Below are positions 47,117-55,164 of a stretch of 64,000 nucleotides of DNA, in pieces. Origin of the DNA: a virus. Below the pieces are notes generated by a model that worked only from the letters and a program-made list of their open reading frames with translations, ran no database searches and was not told the origin of the DNA. The position numbers and the translations under genes are program-made. The stretch is taken from UHGV virus genome UHGV-0294963; one strand, written 5' to 3'. The first letter of the stretch is position 1. The number at the start of each line of letters is the position of its first letter.

Positions 47117-49471
47117 TTATTGTTCCGGGAATCTGAATTTGATATCCTTGTCGATTGCCGCTTTGCATTCATCAATTGTCTTGTAGATGTGTGGTGAGAA
47201 CTTACCATAAGGACTTACTGCAATATACCCTCCTGACTTCTCACCGCCGGTGATGAGATAATCCTTGTATCTCATAGCACCATCGTCGACGATACTATCA
47301 TCCAGGTCTACCTCAGAACTGTTCAGAGAATCATTATCAACTACAACAGCGAAGCCGTCTTCGAGAGGCTTTATACCAGAAAGCTGGATGCCGAACTCTG
47401 CAGCAATTGGCTCGATTTCGGTTGGCTCCATTCCACGAATGATAATCTTATAGCCTGAGCCTTCACCTTCCGTAGTAGGCACGGTGCTTACCTGCTTTGC
47501 TCCTTCTTTGATTTTCTCGACGAACAATTTTAATGCAGGATTGTCGTGTACCGAGCTATTCAGTTCAGACTTTCTAGAAGAATCCATCTTGACTTCGTCG
47601 TTCATGTCGCAGACGGTAGTCCAGATGCAACCAGGATACTCGACTTCAAATTGTTCTTGAATTGCTTCGTATAAATCCATGCCCTCAAGATTGTCACTGA
47701 CTGTAATTACTGCCGGCTTCTCAATTTCATTGCCGTTCTCGTCCTCGTAGTACACCTGAAATTGTTTCTTAGGCTTGTTCACGTCAGCAGTACTCGGTTC
47801 GATTGAGCTATCTACACTCTGCTTTGTTGGAGTAACGTCACCTTCATGAGCGTCGAAAGAATCCCAGCCGTTCTGTACCAGTGTGGTCACGACGTGCTCT
47901 ATGATATCATCTGCTTCTGATGCTTGCTCGTCAGAGCCGTCAAAGCCAATGCGAATCGTAGTCGAATCTGGTCGAGCAACCTGCTGAATAGTGATATCCA
48001 GATTTTTATCTCTCAATTCGTTCTCGATAATATTCTTAAGGTCGGACACTCTTTCCTGAGTGCGAGCGAAGTCCTGGGGAACCGTTACCTCACTGATAGC
48101 ACAATTAAGAGAGCTGTCGATATCATCGAAATCCTCGGAGTCGAGAGGGTCATCATCTCCGAGGATAACGCGCATAATTTCGTCAACAATTAGCAAGTCT
48201 TCAGCGGCCTGTATAATGTCTACAAGAGCTTCATGCTCATCGACGCTTGCCAATAGCTCCTTTAGTGAACCTTCTACGTCGCCGAACATCTTTTCCTTGA
48301 TTTGGTCATCGTAGTTAAGGTCTTCGATAGCCTCTACAATACCAACCAACATTTCATGTTCATCGACCTCTGCCGCAGCTTCCTTCAGCGAATTGGCGGA
48401 TTCACAGTTCAGTTCATTCTTTTTTTTAGATGAGTCGAGGCTTTCATCACCTTCGCATACGCAGGGTTCCTGGCCGCACTCGGGGCAGACAGCATCAGTC
48501 GGAAGAGCTGCTTGAGCAGCATCAGCAATTACGACAAAACCTTCAGGAATTTCGTCGTCCTCTGTTTCCTTGACGAAGAGTGCGAGCTCATTGGTATCAG
48601 GATTCTGAACAATCTTGATATCGTCGAGTGCAACCTCATTGCCAGACTCAGTGGTAATCATTGCAACTTCCTCAGAACCTTCACCGACAACATCTCCGCC
48701 ATCAGTGTTTCCTTCAGGTTCTTCTGAAGAGTTCAGCGTAGTACTTCCTGTGGTCTTGTTAGTCCCTTTAGCAGAGTCGAGCTCCTCGGTTGCAGATTCC
48801 CAGTCGACAGATTTGGTTACATCTGATGATTCTACTGCCTGGCGTGCCTTCTCTGCGTCTGCATCCGGGCAGTCGATTTTTACCTTAACGTCGGTATTGT
48901 TAACCTTCTCGAAGTCAACCTTAGCACCAGGAACAGCTTTCTCGATTCTGCTTCTGAGCAGACGCTCTGTAGTATCATTATCAAGGTCGGCAAAATCATT
49001 ATAGATAGTCACTGTGCCTAAAACCTTGGTGGAACCAACTTCGCAGTTAAGACTAGAATCAGCATTTGTCTTGTCGCAGGAGCCATTCATGTCATCCTTT
49101 GTGTACCACTTACCGTCTGTACGATACCAGAGCTGTTCTTTACCGTCCTTGACAGCCCAGAAATCACCGTCCAAACCTGCCTCTTCAGGAGATGCAAGAC
49201 GAACAACCTGAGCGCCAGTCTCATTCTCGAAAGCTTCGAGATATTTCTTTGCTTCTTCTTCGCTAAGCCAATGACAGAGCTCCTGAAGTACAGATTCTCT
49301 TGAGCAGTTGAGCTTACGAATAGTTGCTAGACTTACGCTTGCGATAGCAGAAGTTCTACTCCTCGAACTATTTAGCTCTGTGTTGCGAGGGCGACGCTGC
49401 TTTGTCGTAGACTGAGTCTGAGTCTGAGTCTGAGCATTTGTCTTTGCAACCGGTTTAGTTACATTTACCAT
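47117..49471 (-). CDS. large acidic protein with internal duplications and 8 LN[SC]x motifs: candidate processed internal head/scaffold-like protein
   Basis: 784 aa; duplicated segment EAAAEVDEHEMLVGIVEAIEDL / ELLASVDEHEALVDIIQAAEDL; TELNSS, KLNCS, SSLNCE, TTLNSS, NELNCE, SSLNCA, SELNSS, DSLNSS; aaaggag RBS. Confidence 0.5.
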   Translation of the reverse strand: MVNVTKPVAKTNAQTQTQTQSTTKQRRPRNTELNSSRSRTSAIASVSLATIRKLNCSRESVLQELCHWLSEEEAKKYLEAFENETGAQVVRLASPEEAGLDGDFWAVKDGKEQLWYRTDGKWYTKDDMNGSCDKTNADSSLNCEVGSTKVLGTVTIYNDFADLDNDTTERLLRSRIEKAVPGAKVDFEKVNNTDVKVKIDCPDADAEKARQAVESSDVTKSVDWESATEELDSAKGTNKTTGSTTLNSSEEPEGNTDGGDVVGEGSEEVAMITTESGNEVALDDIKIVQNPDTNELALFVKETEDDEIPEGFVVIADAAQAALPTDAVCPECGQEPCVCEGDESLDSSKKKNELNCESANSLKEAAAEVDEHEMLVGIVEAIEDLNYDDQIKEKMFGDVEGSLKELLASVDEHEALVDIIQAAEDLLIVDEIMRVILGDDDPLDSEDFDDIDSSLNCAISEVTVPQDFARTQERVSDLKNIIENELRDKNLDITIQQVARPDSTTIRIGFDGSDEQASEADDIIEHVVTTLVQNGWDSFDAHEGDVTPTKQSVDSSIEPSTADVNKPKKQFQVYYEDENGNEIEKPAVITVSDNLEGMDLYEAIQEQFEVEYPGCIWTTVCDMNDEVKMDSSRKSELNSSVHDNPALKLFVEKIKEGAKQVSTVPTTEGEGSGYKIIIRGMEPTEIEPIAAEFGIQLSGIKPLEDGFAVVVDNDSLNSSEVDLDDSIVDDGAMRYKDYLITGGEKSGGYIAVSPYGKFSPHIYKTIDECKAAIDKDIKFRFPEQ

Positions 49472-49573
49472 AGTGATTACTCCTTTCGGTTATTGAAGTA
49501 ATAGTCTATCTCGAGATATACTATTTCCAGAAGCATTTCGATGCTTCTGTATGTTCTATTATACATAGGACTA

Positions 49574-50032
49574 TCAGGTTGTCTGTTTATATCCCGGATT
49601 CCATCCTTTCTGGATGTAAGTAGCGAACTGACACTCTGGTATGTGCTTGATTACTCCGTCTTTATTAACAACACGTCTATTCCTTCGAGCTTCTGCAAGT
49701 TTCGCATAGCTTCTCGGTGAATCTCGTTTGAATCGATTGAAACCGAAACGAATATTTGTAGTCTGATATTCTCTAATATATTGAGCTTCTAAATCACAAG
49801 CTAACTGAGCTGCGTTGGTCTGAGACTTAGGTACTGTAGCTAATATTTCGTACCTGAAGGAATCCCAACCAAATCTATTGATGGCTTTCCAGAAGCAGCT
49901 ACAGTGCTTATACCCAGCACCTCCGTTTCCTGCACGCTCAGCTTGCTGTGAACCGGTTTTACCGATATAACGCCTACCGTCTGGTGCGATATACGCATAA
50001 ATCGTATAGCAGTCACCCTTAAGATATGCCAT
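49574..50032 (-). CDS. GIY-YIG homing endonuclease (free-standing)
   Basis: N-terminal TIYAYIAPDGRRYIGKTG (GIY..YIG) plus basic C-terminal DNA-binding-like region; own promoter and RBS. Confidence 0.7.
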   Translation of the reverse strand: MAYLKGDCYTIYAYIAPDGRRYIGKTGSQQAERAGNGGAGYKHCSCFWKAINRFGWDSFRYEILATVPKSQTNAAQLACDLEAQYIREYQTTNIRFGFNRFKRDSPRSYAKLAEARRNRRVVNKDGVIKHIPECQFATYIQKGWNPGYKQTT

Positions 50033-50065
50033 ATATGTAACCTCCTTTGTTGTTATCGTATCTAT

Positions 50066-50098
50066 ATTATAACATATTTCTGTTAACTCTACGAAGTT
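50066..50098 (-). promoter_or_regulatory. promoter AACTTCGT-N16-TGTTATAAT (- strand)
   Basis: reverse complement of acgaagtt (50091-98) and attataaca (50066-74). Confidence 0.6.
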
Positions 50099-50107
50099 AT
50101 AATAAAA

Positions 50108-50179
50108 ACGGTTTTGCTTAAATGCTGTGACACTGCGTTATACTTTACACATACGCATATCGTGCATTTAAGCAAAACC
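50108..50179. repeat. IR-bracketed intergenic cassette copy F (17-bp perfect arms cggttttgcttaaatgc / gcatttaagcaaaaccg)
   Basis: arms 50108-50124 and 50163-50179; core tgtgacactgcgttatactttacacatacgcatatcgt. Confidence 0.75.
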
Positions 50180-50205
50180 GTAGTAGTTACGGACTTTTCG
50201 TAGTT

Positions 50206-50646
50206 TTATACGCCGGTAGACCCAAAACCACCATCACCCCTGTCGGTGTCAGAGAGTTCATCCACTTCCTCAAAGTCGGCTCGAGTAATACCGAGAACGA
50301 CGAGTTGAGCAATACGGTCTCCGTCCTTAATGTGCGCAGGGAACTGACCATGATTGATAAGCGGTACGATAATCTCGCCTCGATAGTCAGAATCAACCAG
50401 ACCGATTGAGTTGATTAGAGTCACACCTTGCTTGGTTGCAAGACCAGAACGAGGAAATAGACAGAGAGCTACATCATTGTCCTCGGGTGCAGCACTGATT
50501 CCTGTAGATACTTTCTGAATCTGACCTGGATTGATTACAAGCTCTCCTGCTGGAATATCTGCGTAGATATCATACCCAGCGGCTTGGGTAGAACCTTGAG
50601 TCGGGAGCGTAGCAGTTTCACTGAGTTTCTTGATACGAATTTTCAT
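50206..50646 (-). CDS. dut: dUTP diphosphatase (dUTPase)
   Basis: AGYDIYA, PRSGLA, GLVDSDYRGE, RGDGGFGSTG motifs; taaggagg RBS. Confidence 0.9.
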   Translation of the reverse strand: MKIRIKKLSETATLPTQGSTQAAGYDIYADIPAGELVINPGQIQKVSTGISAAPEDNDVALCLFPRSGLATKQGVTLINSIGLVDSDYRGEIIVPLINHGQFPAHIKDGDRIAQLVVLGITRADFEEVDELSDTDRGDGGFGSTGV

Positions 50647-50660
50647 GTTAATAGTCCTCC

Positions 50661-50939
50661 TTAGATGTGTCTTTCAGAACGATACTTCTGCTTGATGTTC
50701 GGGTATTTTTCATGGTCTACCTCAGACATGAACATATCGAGAGGACGGGCTGCAACGTCGACACCTTCGAGACAGGGAGGATTGTACAGCGGCTTATACA
50801 GCACCAGGATTTCACCAGTCTCTGTGTGCTTAGCAGTACCGATAAGTACGAACAGGTACTCGGTACTATTCTGGTCTTCCACGGTTTCACGTTTGAAATG
50901 GCGAATGACATCGCCAACCTTAAATCTGTCTTTGAACAT
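50661..50939 (-). CDS. hypothetical protein
   Basis: start reset to the ATG with aaggag RBS. Confidence 0.45.
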   Translation of the reverse strand: MFKDRFKVGDVIRHFKRETVEDQNSTEYLFVLIGTAKHTETGEILVLYKPLYNPPCLEGVDVAARPLDMFMSEVDHEKYPNIKQKYRSERHI

Positions 50940-51204
50940 AATTCTTAAGCTCCTTTTGTTTAGTTTCAAGATATTCTGAACGGGTTTTTGTCAAGTCCAT
51001 CAATTCATTGAATAACAAGAACGTATCTAACTGGTCTCCGTCGAATTTAATGCTATATGGCTGACTGGTTATATCAGTAATCACGACTTCGATTGACTTA
51101 ACCCGATTCGCACGTACATCGAGCTCGCTTACTAGATTTACGAGCTTGTCCCATCCATCTTTATGCTCGGTTAGAACACCTAACATCCACTCCTCGTTCG
51201 TCAT
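50920..51204 (-). CDS. hypothetical protein
   Basis: ORF. Confidence 0.45.
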   Translation of the reverse strand: MTNEEWMLGVLTEHKDGWDKLVNLVSELDVRANRVKSIEVVITDITSQPYSIKFDGDQLDTFLLFNELMDLTKTRSEYLETKQKELKNYVQRQI

Positions 51205-51271
51205 TCTAGACTCTTTTCTAAGGAAATAGAAGCGTGCTTGAACACGCTTCTATCTATTATAAATACCGGTA

Positions 51272-52996
51272 TCAAAGTGTTCTATCAGCAAAGACTTCAC
51301 CAACACCCTTGATTACTTCTTGAATAAATGGGACCCGAATTTGGTCGTATACTGTAGCACCCTTAGCATTGCCGATAAGATGCTGAATCTGTGATTTAGG
51401 TAGTGCCATAAAACCAGCAAGGGCATTCTGGAACGATTGACCTGCATAATGAGAACGGAGGTATGCCTCGATTTCACCAGCACCAGCTTTCGCAAGACCG
51501 TTAATACCCAGACCAACCAGAATCTGTGCTAACGTCATCGACTTCTTAGACGCATCAACTCTTTGCATATAGGTATTCATCTTCGCCCTGCCACTACCTG
51601 GAATTGTGAGTATGTCGATAGGCTTGATTTTATAGAAGTCAGCCGGAGTCTGAAGTTTACCTTTATCAAAGAGTGCAGTTACCAAGCTGCTTGCGACACC
51701 CTTGAAATTACCGACTTTCTTGTCAGTCCAACCGTTCAGACGAGCCAGCAGCTTCTCCTTGCACTTAACATTCGCACAAACACCTAGTGCTGAAATACCG
51801 GTAAGTACCGAACCACAAGCCGGGCAAACCGTAGGCTTAGGAATTGGAATAGACTCGGGTGTGTGCCTTGCAGATTTAATTGCAGGAATAATATCACCTG
51901 CTTTATACACAACAACCATATCGTTAATTTGAACATCGAGTTCCTGGATTCGTCCCCAGTTATGCAGCGTAGCTTTGGTAATGGTACTACCCATGACATT
52001 AACCGGCTCCAGAATAGCTACAGGATTGAGCTTACCGGTTGCGCCTACCTGCCACTCAACACCTTTAAGGAGAGTCTCCTTTTCTTGTGCAGGAAATTTA
52101 TAAGCAATAGCCCATCTCGGTACTACACCATTATCTCCAAGCTGTTCTCTAAGTTCGAGATTATCAACCTTGAGAACCATACCATCAATCGGAATATCCT
52201 CAGCTTCACGCTTTGCCTGAACCTCGGAGATAATGGCTGCTACATTTTCACCGGTGCTCACTTCCCAATGAGCTACGGGACTAAAGCCCCACAATGCTAA
52301 TGCCTGCAAGCACTTGCTATGAGTATCGAGGGTGCCTACAGCCGAAGGAATGTCGTTGATAGTCTTCGGATTTTCAAGATTGAACACTCTGCAAGAGAGG
52401 TAAGCAGCTCTTTCAGGTTCGCTGTCTCTCTTGAATATACCCACAGCGGTATTTCGAGGATTTGCTTGTTTTCCGTATCTCTTGCAGTAGTCTGCAAAGC
52501 GAGACTTTAGCATAAACACCTCACCGCGGACGATTATTTCATCTTTACAGTCGATTGTCTTAGGAATATCGGCAATATACTGAGCAGCGGAGATACGCTC
52601 TACACCCTTTTTACCGTCACCTCGGGTTGATGCCGAAACGAGCTCACCATTTCTGTAGATAAGCTGAACAGACAAACCGTCGAGTTTATATTCTTGGAAT
52701 ACCTTTGACACGTTCTTGTGCTTATTCAGGAACTCTTTAGCATCGTCGACCGTGAATACATCGAGAAGACTGAGCATCGCGACGGGATGTATGACATCGC
52801 CATCACCCATATCGGGATTTACCGACTGCGTCGGGCTGTTCTCTGCAGCTCGATGATACTTCTCATAATCGTAGATGTCTGCCATATAGCTGTCATACAG
52901 TTCATCAGAAATACCAGTTAAAGCTCCTTGAATGTAGAGCAGTCGTGCATTGTTCACGACTTTGATAAGTTCATGATATCTTTCTTCTGTTATCAT
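51272..52996 (-). CDS. ligA: NAD-dependent DNA ligase (LigA-type, short form)
   Basis: adenylation motif EYKLDGLSV; OB-fold; Zn finger CPACGS..C..C; HhH region; ctaggaggtta RBS. Confidence 0.85.
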   Translation of the reverse strand: MITEERYHELIKVVNNARLLYIQGALTGISDELYDSYMADIYDYEKYHRAAENSPTQSVNPDMGDGDVIHPVAMLSLLDVFTVDDAKEFLNKHKNVSKVFQEYKLDGLSVQLIYRNGELVSASTRGDGKKGVERISAAQYIADIPKTIDCKDEIIVRGEVFMLKSRFADYCKRYGKQANPRNTAVGIFKRDSEPERAAYLSCRVFNLENPKTINDIPSAVGTLDTHSKCLQALALWGFSPVAHWEVSTGENVAAIISEVQAKREAEDIPIDGMVLKVDNLELREQLGDNGVVPRWAIAYKFPAQEKETLLKGVEWQVGATGKLNPVAILEPVNVMGSTITKATLHNWGRIQELDVQINDMVVVYKAGDIIPAIKSARHTPESIPIPKPTVCPACGSVLTGISALGVCANVKCKEKLLARLNGWTDKKVGNFKGVASSLVTALFDKGKLQTPADFYKIKPIDILTIPGSGRAKMNTYMQRVDASKKSMTLAQILVGLGINGLAKAGAGEIEAYLRSHYAGQSFQNALAGFMALPKSQIQHLIGNAKGATVYDQIRVPFIQEVIKGVGEVFADRTL

Positions 52997-52998
52997 TC

Positions 52999-53193
52999 TT
53001 AACCTCCTAGAATTAGAGCTTCACGCTCTTTTACTTTTTCAACGATGCTAGACCAAGACAGTTCTTTATCTGGGTAACTGTCTATATAGAATTCAACATC
53101 GTTATAGACATAGTAGATGTGATATATGCGAGACTGGGTAGCCTTATCCCATAGCGTCTTGCATCGCCAAGGACCTAAGCAATTATCCTTCAT
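52999..53193 (-). CDS. hypothetical small protein
   Basis: start reset to the ATG preceded by gagg, overlapping the upstream stop (ATGA-type coupling). Confidence 0.35.
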   Translation of the reverse strand: MKDNCLGPWRCKTLWDKATQSRIYHIYYVYNDVEFYIDSYPDKELSWSSIVEKVKEREALILGG

Positions 53194-53363
53194 CTGTAAC
53201 CTCTCTGACTTCCACGTCATCGTAGTCGGTATGAGCTATCGGTCGCCGCATAGCGCGGTCGAATTCAGGCAATGCCTTATCGACAGCTTCTTCTTCATCT
53301 TCTGCTTCTACTTCGATAGAAGTACATTGATAGAACGTAACGCAGTAGGTTTTCATCAGAACA
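53190..53363 (-). CDS. small acidic protein (57 aa), below the ORF-track cutoff
   Basis: ATG with ideal aaaggag RBS 7 nt upstream, located just downstream of the promoter at 53399-53432. Confidence 0.4.
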
Positions 53364-53398
53364 CTCCTTTCTTCCCCCTATGTGCTATTACATTCAAT

Positions 53399-53432
53399 AT
53401 TATAACACATAGGAGGTGTGGCATACGAAGTT
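53399..53432 (-). promoter_or_regulatory. promoter AACTTCGT-N17-TGTTATAAT (- strand)
   Basis: reverse complement of acgaagtt (53425-32) and attataaca (53399-407). Confidence 0.6.
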
Positions 53433-53435
53433 TCA

Positions 53436-54197
53436 TTACAGAAATTGCTTATAGATAGGGTCTAAGCTATTATTGATAAAATCGCATTGATGGCACTTAA
53501 AGTCGATAATTTTTCGAATTATTTCTACTTCAGAATCATAGATAGATGCTACTTTAGGACAGTGGTCAGACTCACCTAAGCTGATACCGCCATCAATTCG
53601 GATAGCAGGTGTGCAATAGAAGTGAGACACAAAAAGATGTTCAACAATCAAACCAATTGACGGGTTCTTCAACTGCTTGGTAACCGCTCGCACATTAAGA
53701 CACTTAGACGCTTTCGCTTTCCATGGTAGCTTATTAGCGAGAGCTCTGCCTTGTGGGTATATCTGAGTAACACATCGGTCGCATAGAATAAATCCTGACT
53801 CACGCCAAAGTCTCTTGTGTAAGGGTAAGGCTTTCGGGTAGTATCTAGAGTCTGTAGATACCTGCCAAAATACTTTCGTGCACGGTGTTCCCGCTGCAAT
53901 TCTTTTAGCAGCATCGGGATGTTCTAGGCACCAGAATCCGTTCGTCGTAATCGTAATCACAGATTGGTGTCTCTCTTCAGAAAACCTGGTTAGTATTCTG
54001 TTCATAATCAATTCAAAATCAGGGTGTTCGGTAGGCTCACCACCTGACACGACGACATGCTCATAAGCTTCGTTTCTGATTAGAAACTCTAGAACATCGT
54101 TGAGCGTGTCTAAAGTCATATGTTCTCCTTCAGGTGTTGCACTGTTCATACAATGAGTACAACCCATCGAACATTTTTCAGTCAATTTCAGCAGCAT
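53436..54197 (-). CDS. radical SAM protein, glycyl-radical-enzyme activase-like (NrdG/PflA family)
   Basis: CSMGCTHCMN (CxxxCxxCxN), SGGEP and TNGF blocks as in PflA/NrdG. Confidence 0.5.
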   Translation of the reverse strand: MLLKLTEKCSMGCTHCMNSATPEGEHMTLDTLNDVLEFLIRNEAYEHVVVSGGEPTEHPDFELIMNRILTRFSEERHQSVITITTNGFWCLEHPDAAKRIAAGTPCTKVFWQVSTDSRYYPKALPLHKRLWRESGFILCDRCVTQIYPQGRALANKLPWKAKASKCLNVRAVTKQLKNPSIGLIVEHLFVSHFYCTPAIRIDGGISLGESDHCPKVASIYDSEVEIIRKIIDFKCHQCDFINNSLDPIYKQFL

Positions 54198-54672
54198 CTG
54201 GAGCTCCTTTCGGCTTTACACAAGGCTGCCATCCAAGAACATCGACAAGGTCGACATAATAGGAATCGCAGTCGAAATCCTGGTCTTCAGTTCGGTACCA
54301 ACCGACGTGGTATTCACCACTGTTATCGTAGAAGAATACGGTCTGTTCATTATCAGGTGTCTTTACAGCAGGGTCAATCCACGCATCAACCAAACCTTTC
54401 GCATAACCAGCGGTCCAACCAGCTTTGAATGGGTAGTCTTCTCGACAAGATTTAACTGGTAGATTTTCGTACCTATTCTTCAGGCGAGAAACCTGTCGCT
54501 TAAGGTTAGCAATTTCTTTCTTGCAGTTCTTCACCTTAGCTGTTTCTTTAAGAAGTATCGGCTGTAATGCTTCAGTCATCGCATCGCATCCTGCATTTCG
54601 AGCAAGCTGTCTCTGCTCATCGATATAAGATTGAATCCGTTGTTCAGGAACTTCTTTATTGTCTATCCACAT
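54178..54672 (-). CDS. hypothetical protein
   Basis: start reset to the ATG with ggaggtga RBS. Confidence 0.45.
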   Translation of the reverse strand: MWIDNKEVPEQRIQSYIDEQRQLARNAGCDAMTEALQPILLKETAKVKNCKKEIANLKRQVSRLKNRYENLPVKSCREDYPFKAGWTAGYAKGLVDAWIDPAVKTPDNEQTVFFYDNSGEYHVGWYRTEDQDFDCDSYYVDLVDVLGWQPCVKPKGAPDAAEID

Positions 54673-54677
54673 CGCAT

Positions 54678-55061
54678 TCACCTCCGTGCAGGATGATTAT
54701 CTCGCGCTACAAATCTGATATCAAGCTGTTCACCAGTCTTGGTGTTAACCAGACCGTTAAAATTCTTACTAACATCGACATGGCAATTCTTAAGGATATA
54801 CCTGATTATTTCAGCACCAGACATATAATGCTGTTTGTAGACAGTACCACCAAGTGAGAGCTGATATACGCCGAACCTGTCGATACCCAGAACAAGCTGA
54901 ATAAATGTAATCTCTTCAAGAACTGTGCGGTTAGCACGAGTTTCGTATCCTGACTTACCAATCGCCCGATAGTACCAAGATGTATCACCTTCAAGCGAGC
55001 CTCTGGTTGCTGACAGGTATAGATAATTAAGAGCCGCTTGAATTTGAGTTGATGGTTGCAT
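54678..55061 (-). CDS. hypothetical protein
   Basis: aaggaggaagc RBS; downstream of the promoter at 55094-55126. Confidence 0.45.
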   Translation of the reverse strand: MQPSTQIQAALNYLYLSATRGSLEGDTSWYYRAIGKSGYETRANRTVLEEITFIQLVLGIDRFGVYQLSLGGTVYKQHYMSGAEIIRYILKNCHVDVSKNFNGLVNTKTGEQLDIRFVARDNHPARR

Positions 55062-55093
55062 TGTTTGCTTCCTCCTTTATTTATTGTATCTAT

Positions 55094-55126
55094 ATTATAA
55101 CACATTCCTGCGTGTGTTACGAAGTT
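55094..55126 (-). promoter_or_regulatory. promoter AACTTCGT-N16-TGTTATAAT (- strand)
   Basis: exact motif. Confidence 0.6.
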
Positions 55127-55164
55127 ACAGAAAACGCCGACGCTCAGGACGCCGACGTTCTGGA

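Larger units (their letters stand above)
49472..50105 (-). mobile_element. putative homing-endonuclease insertion (HEG + promoter) between the dUTPase operon and the head-protein gene
   Basis: self-contained promoter-RBS-GIY-YIG unit wedged between cassette F and the 784-aa gene. Confidence 0.45.
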
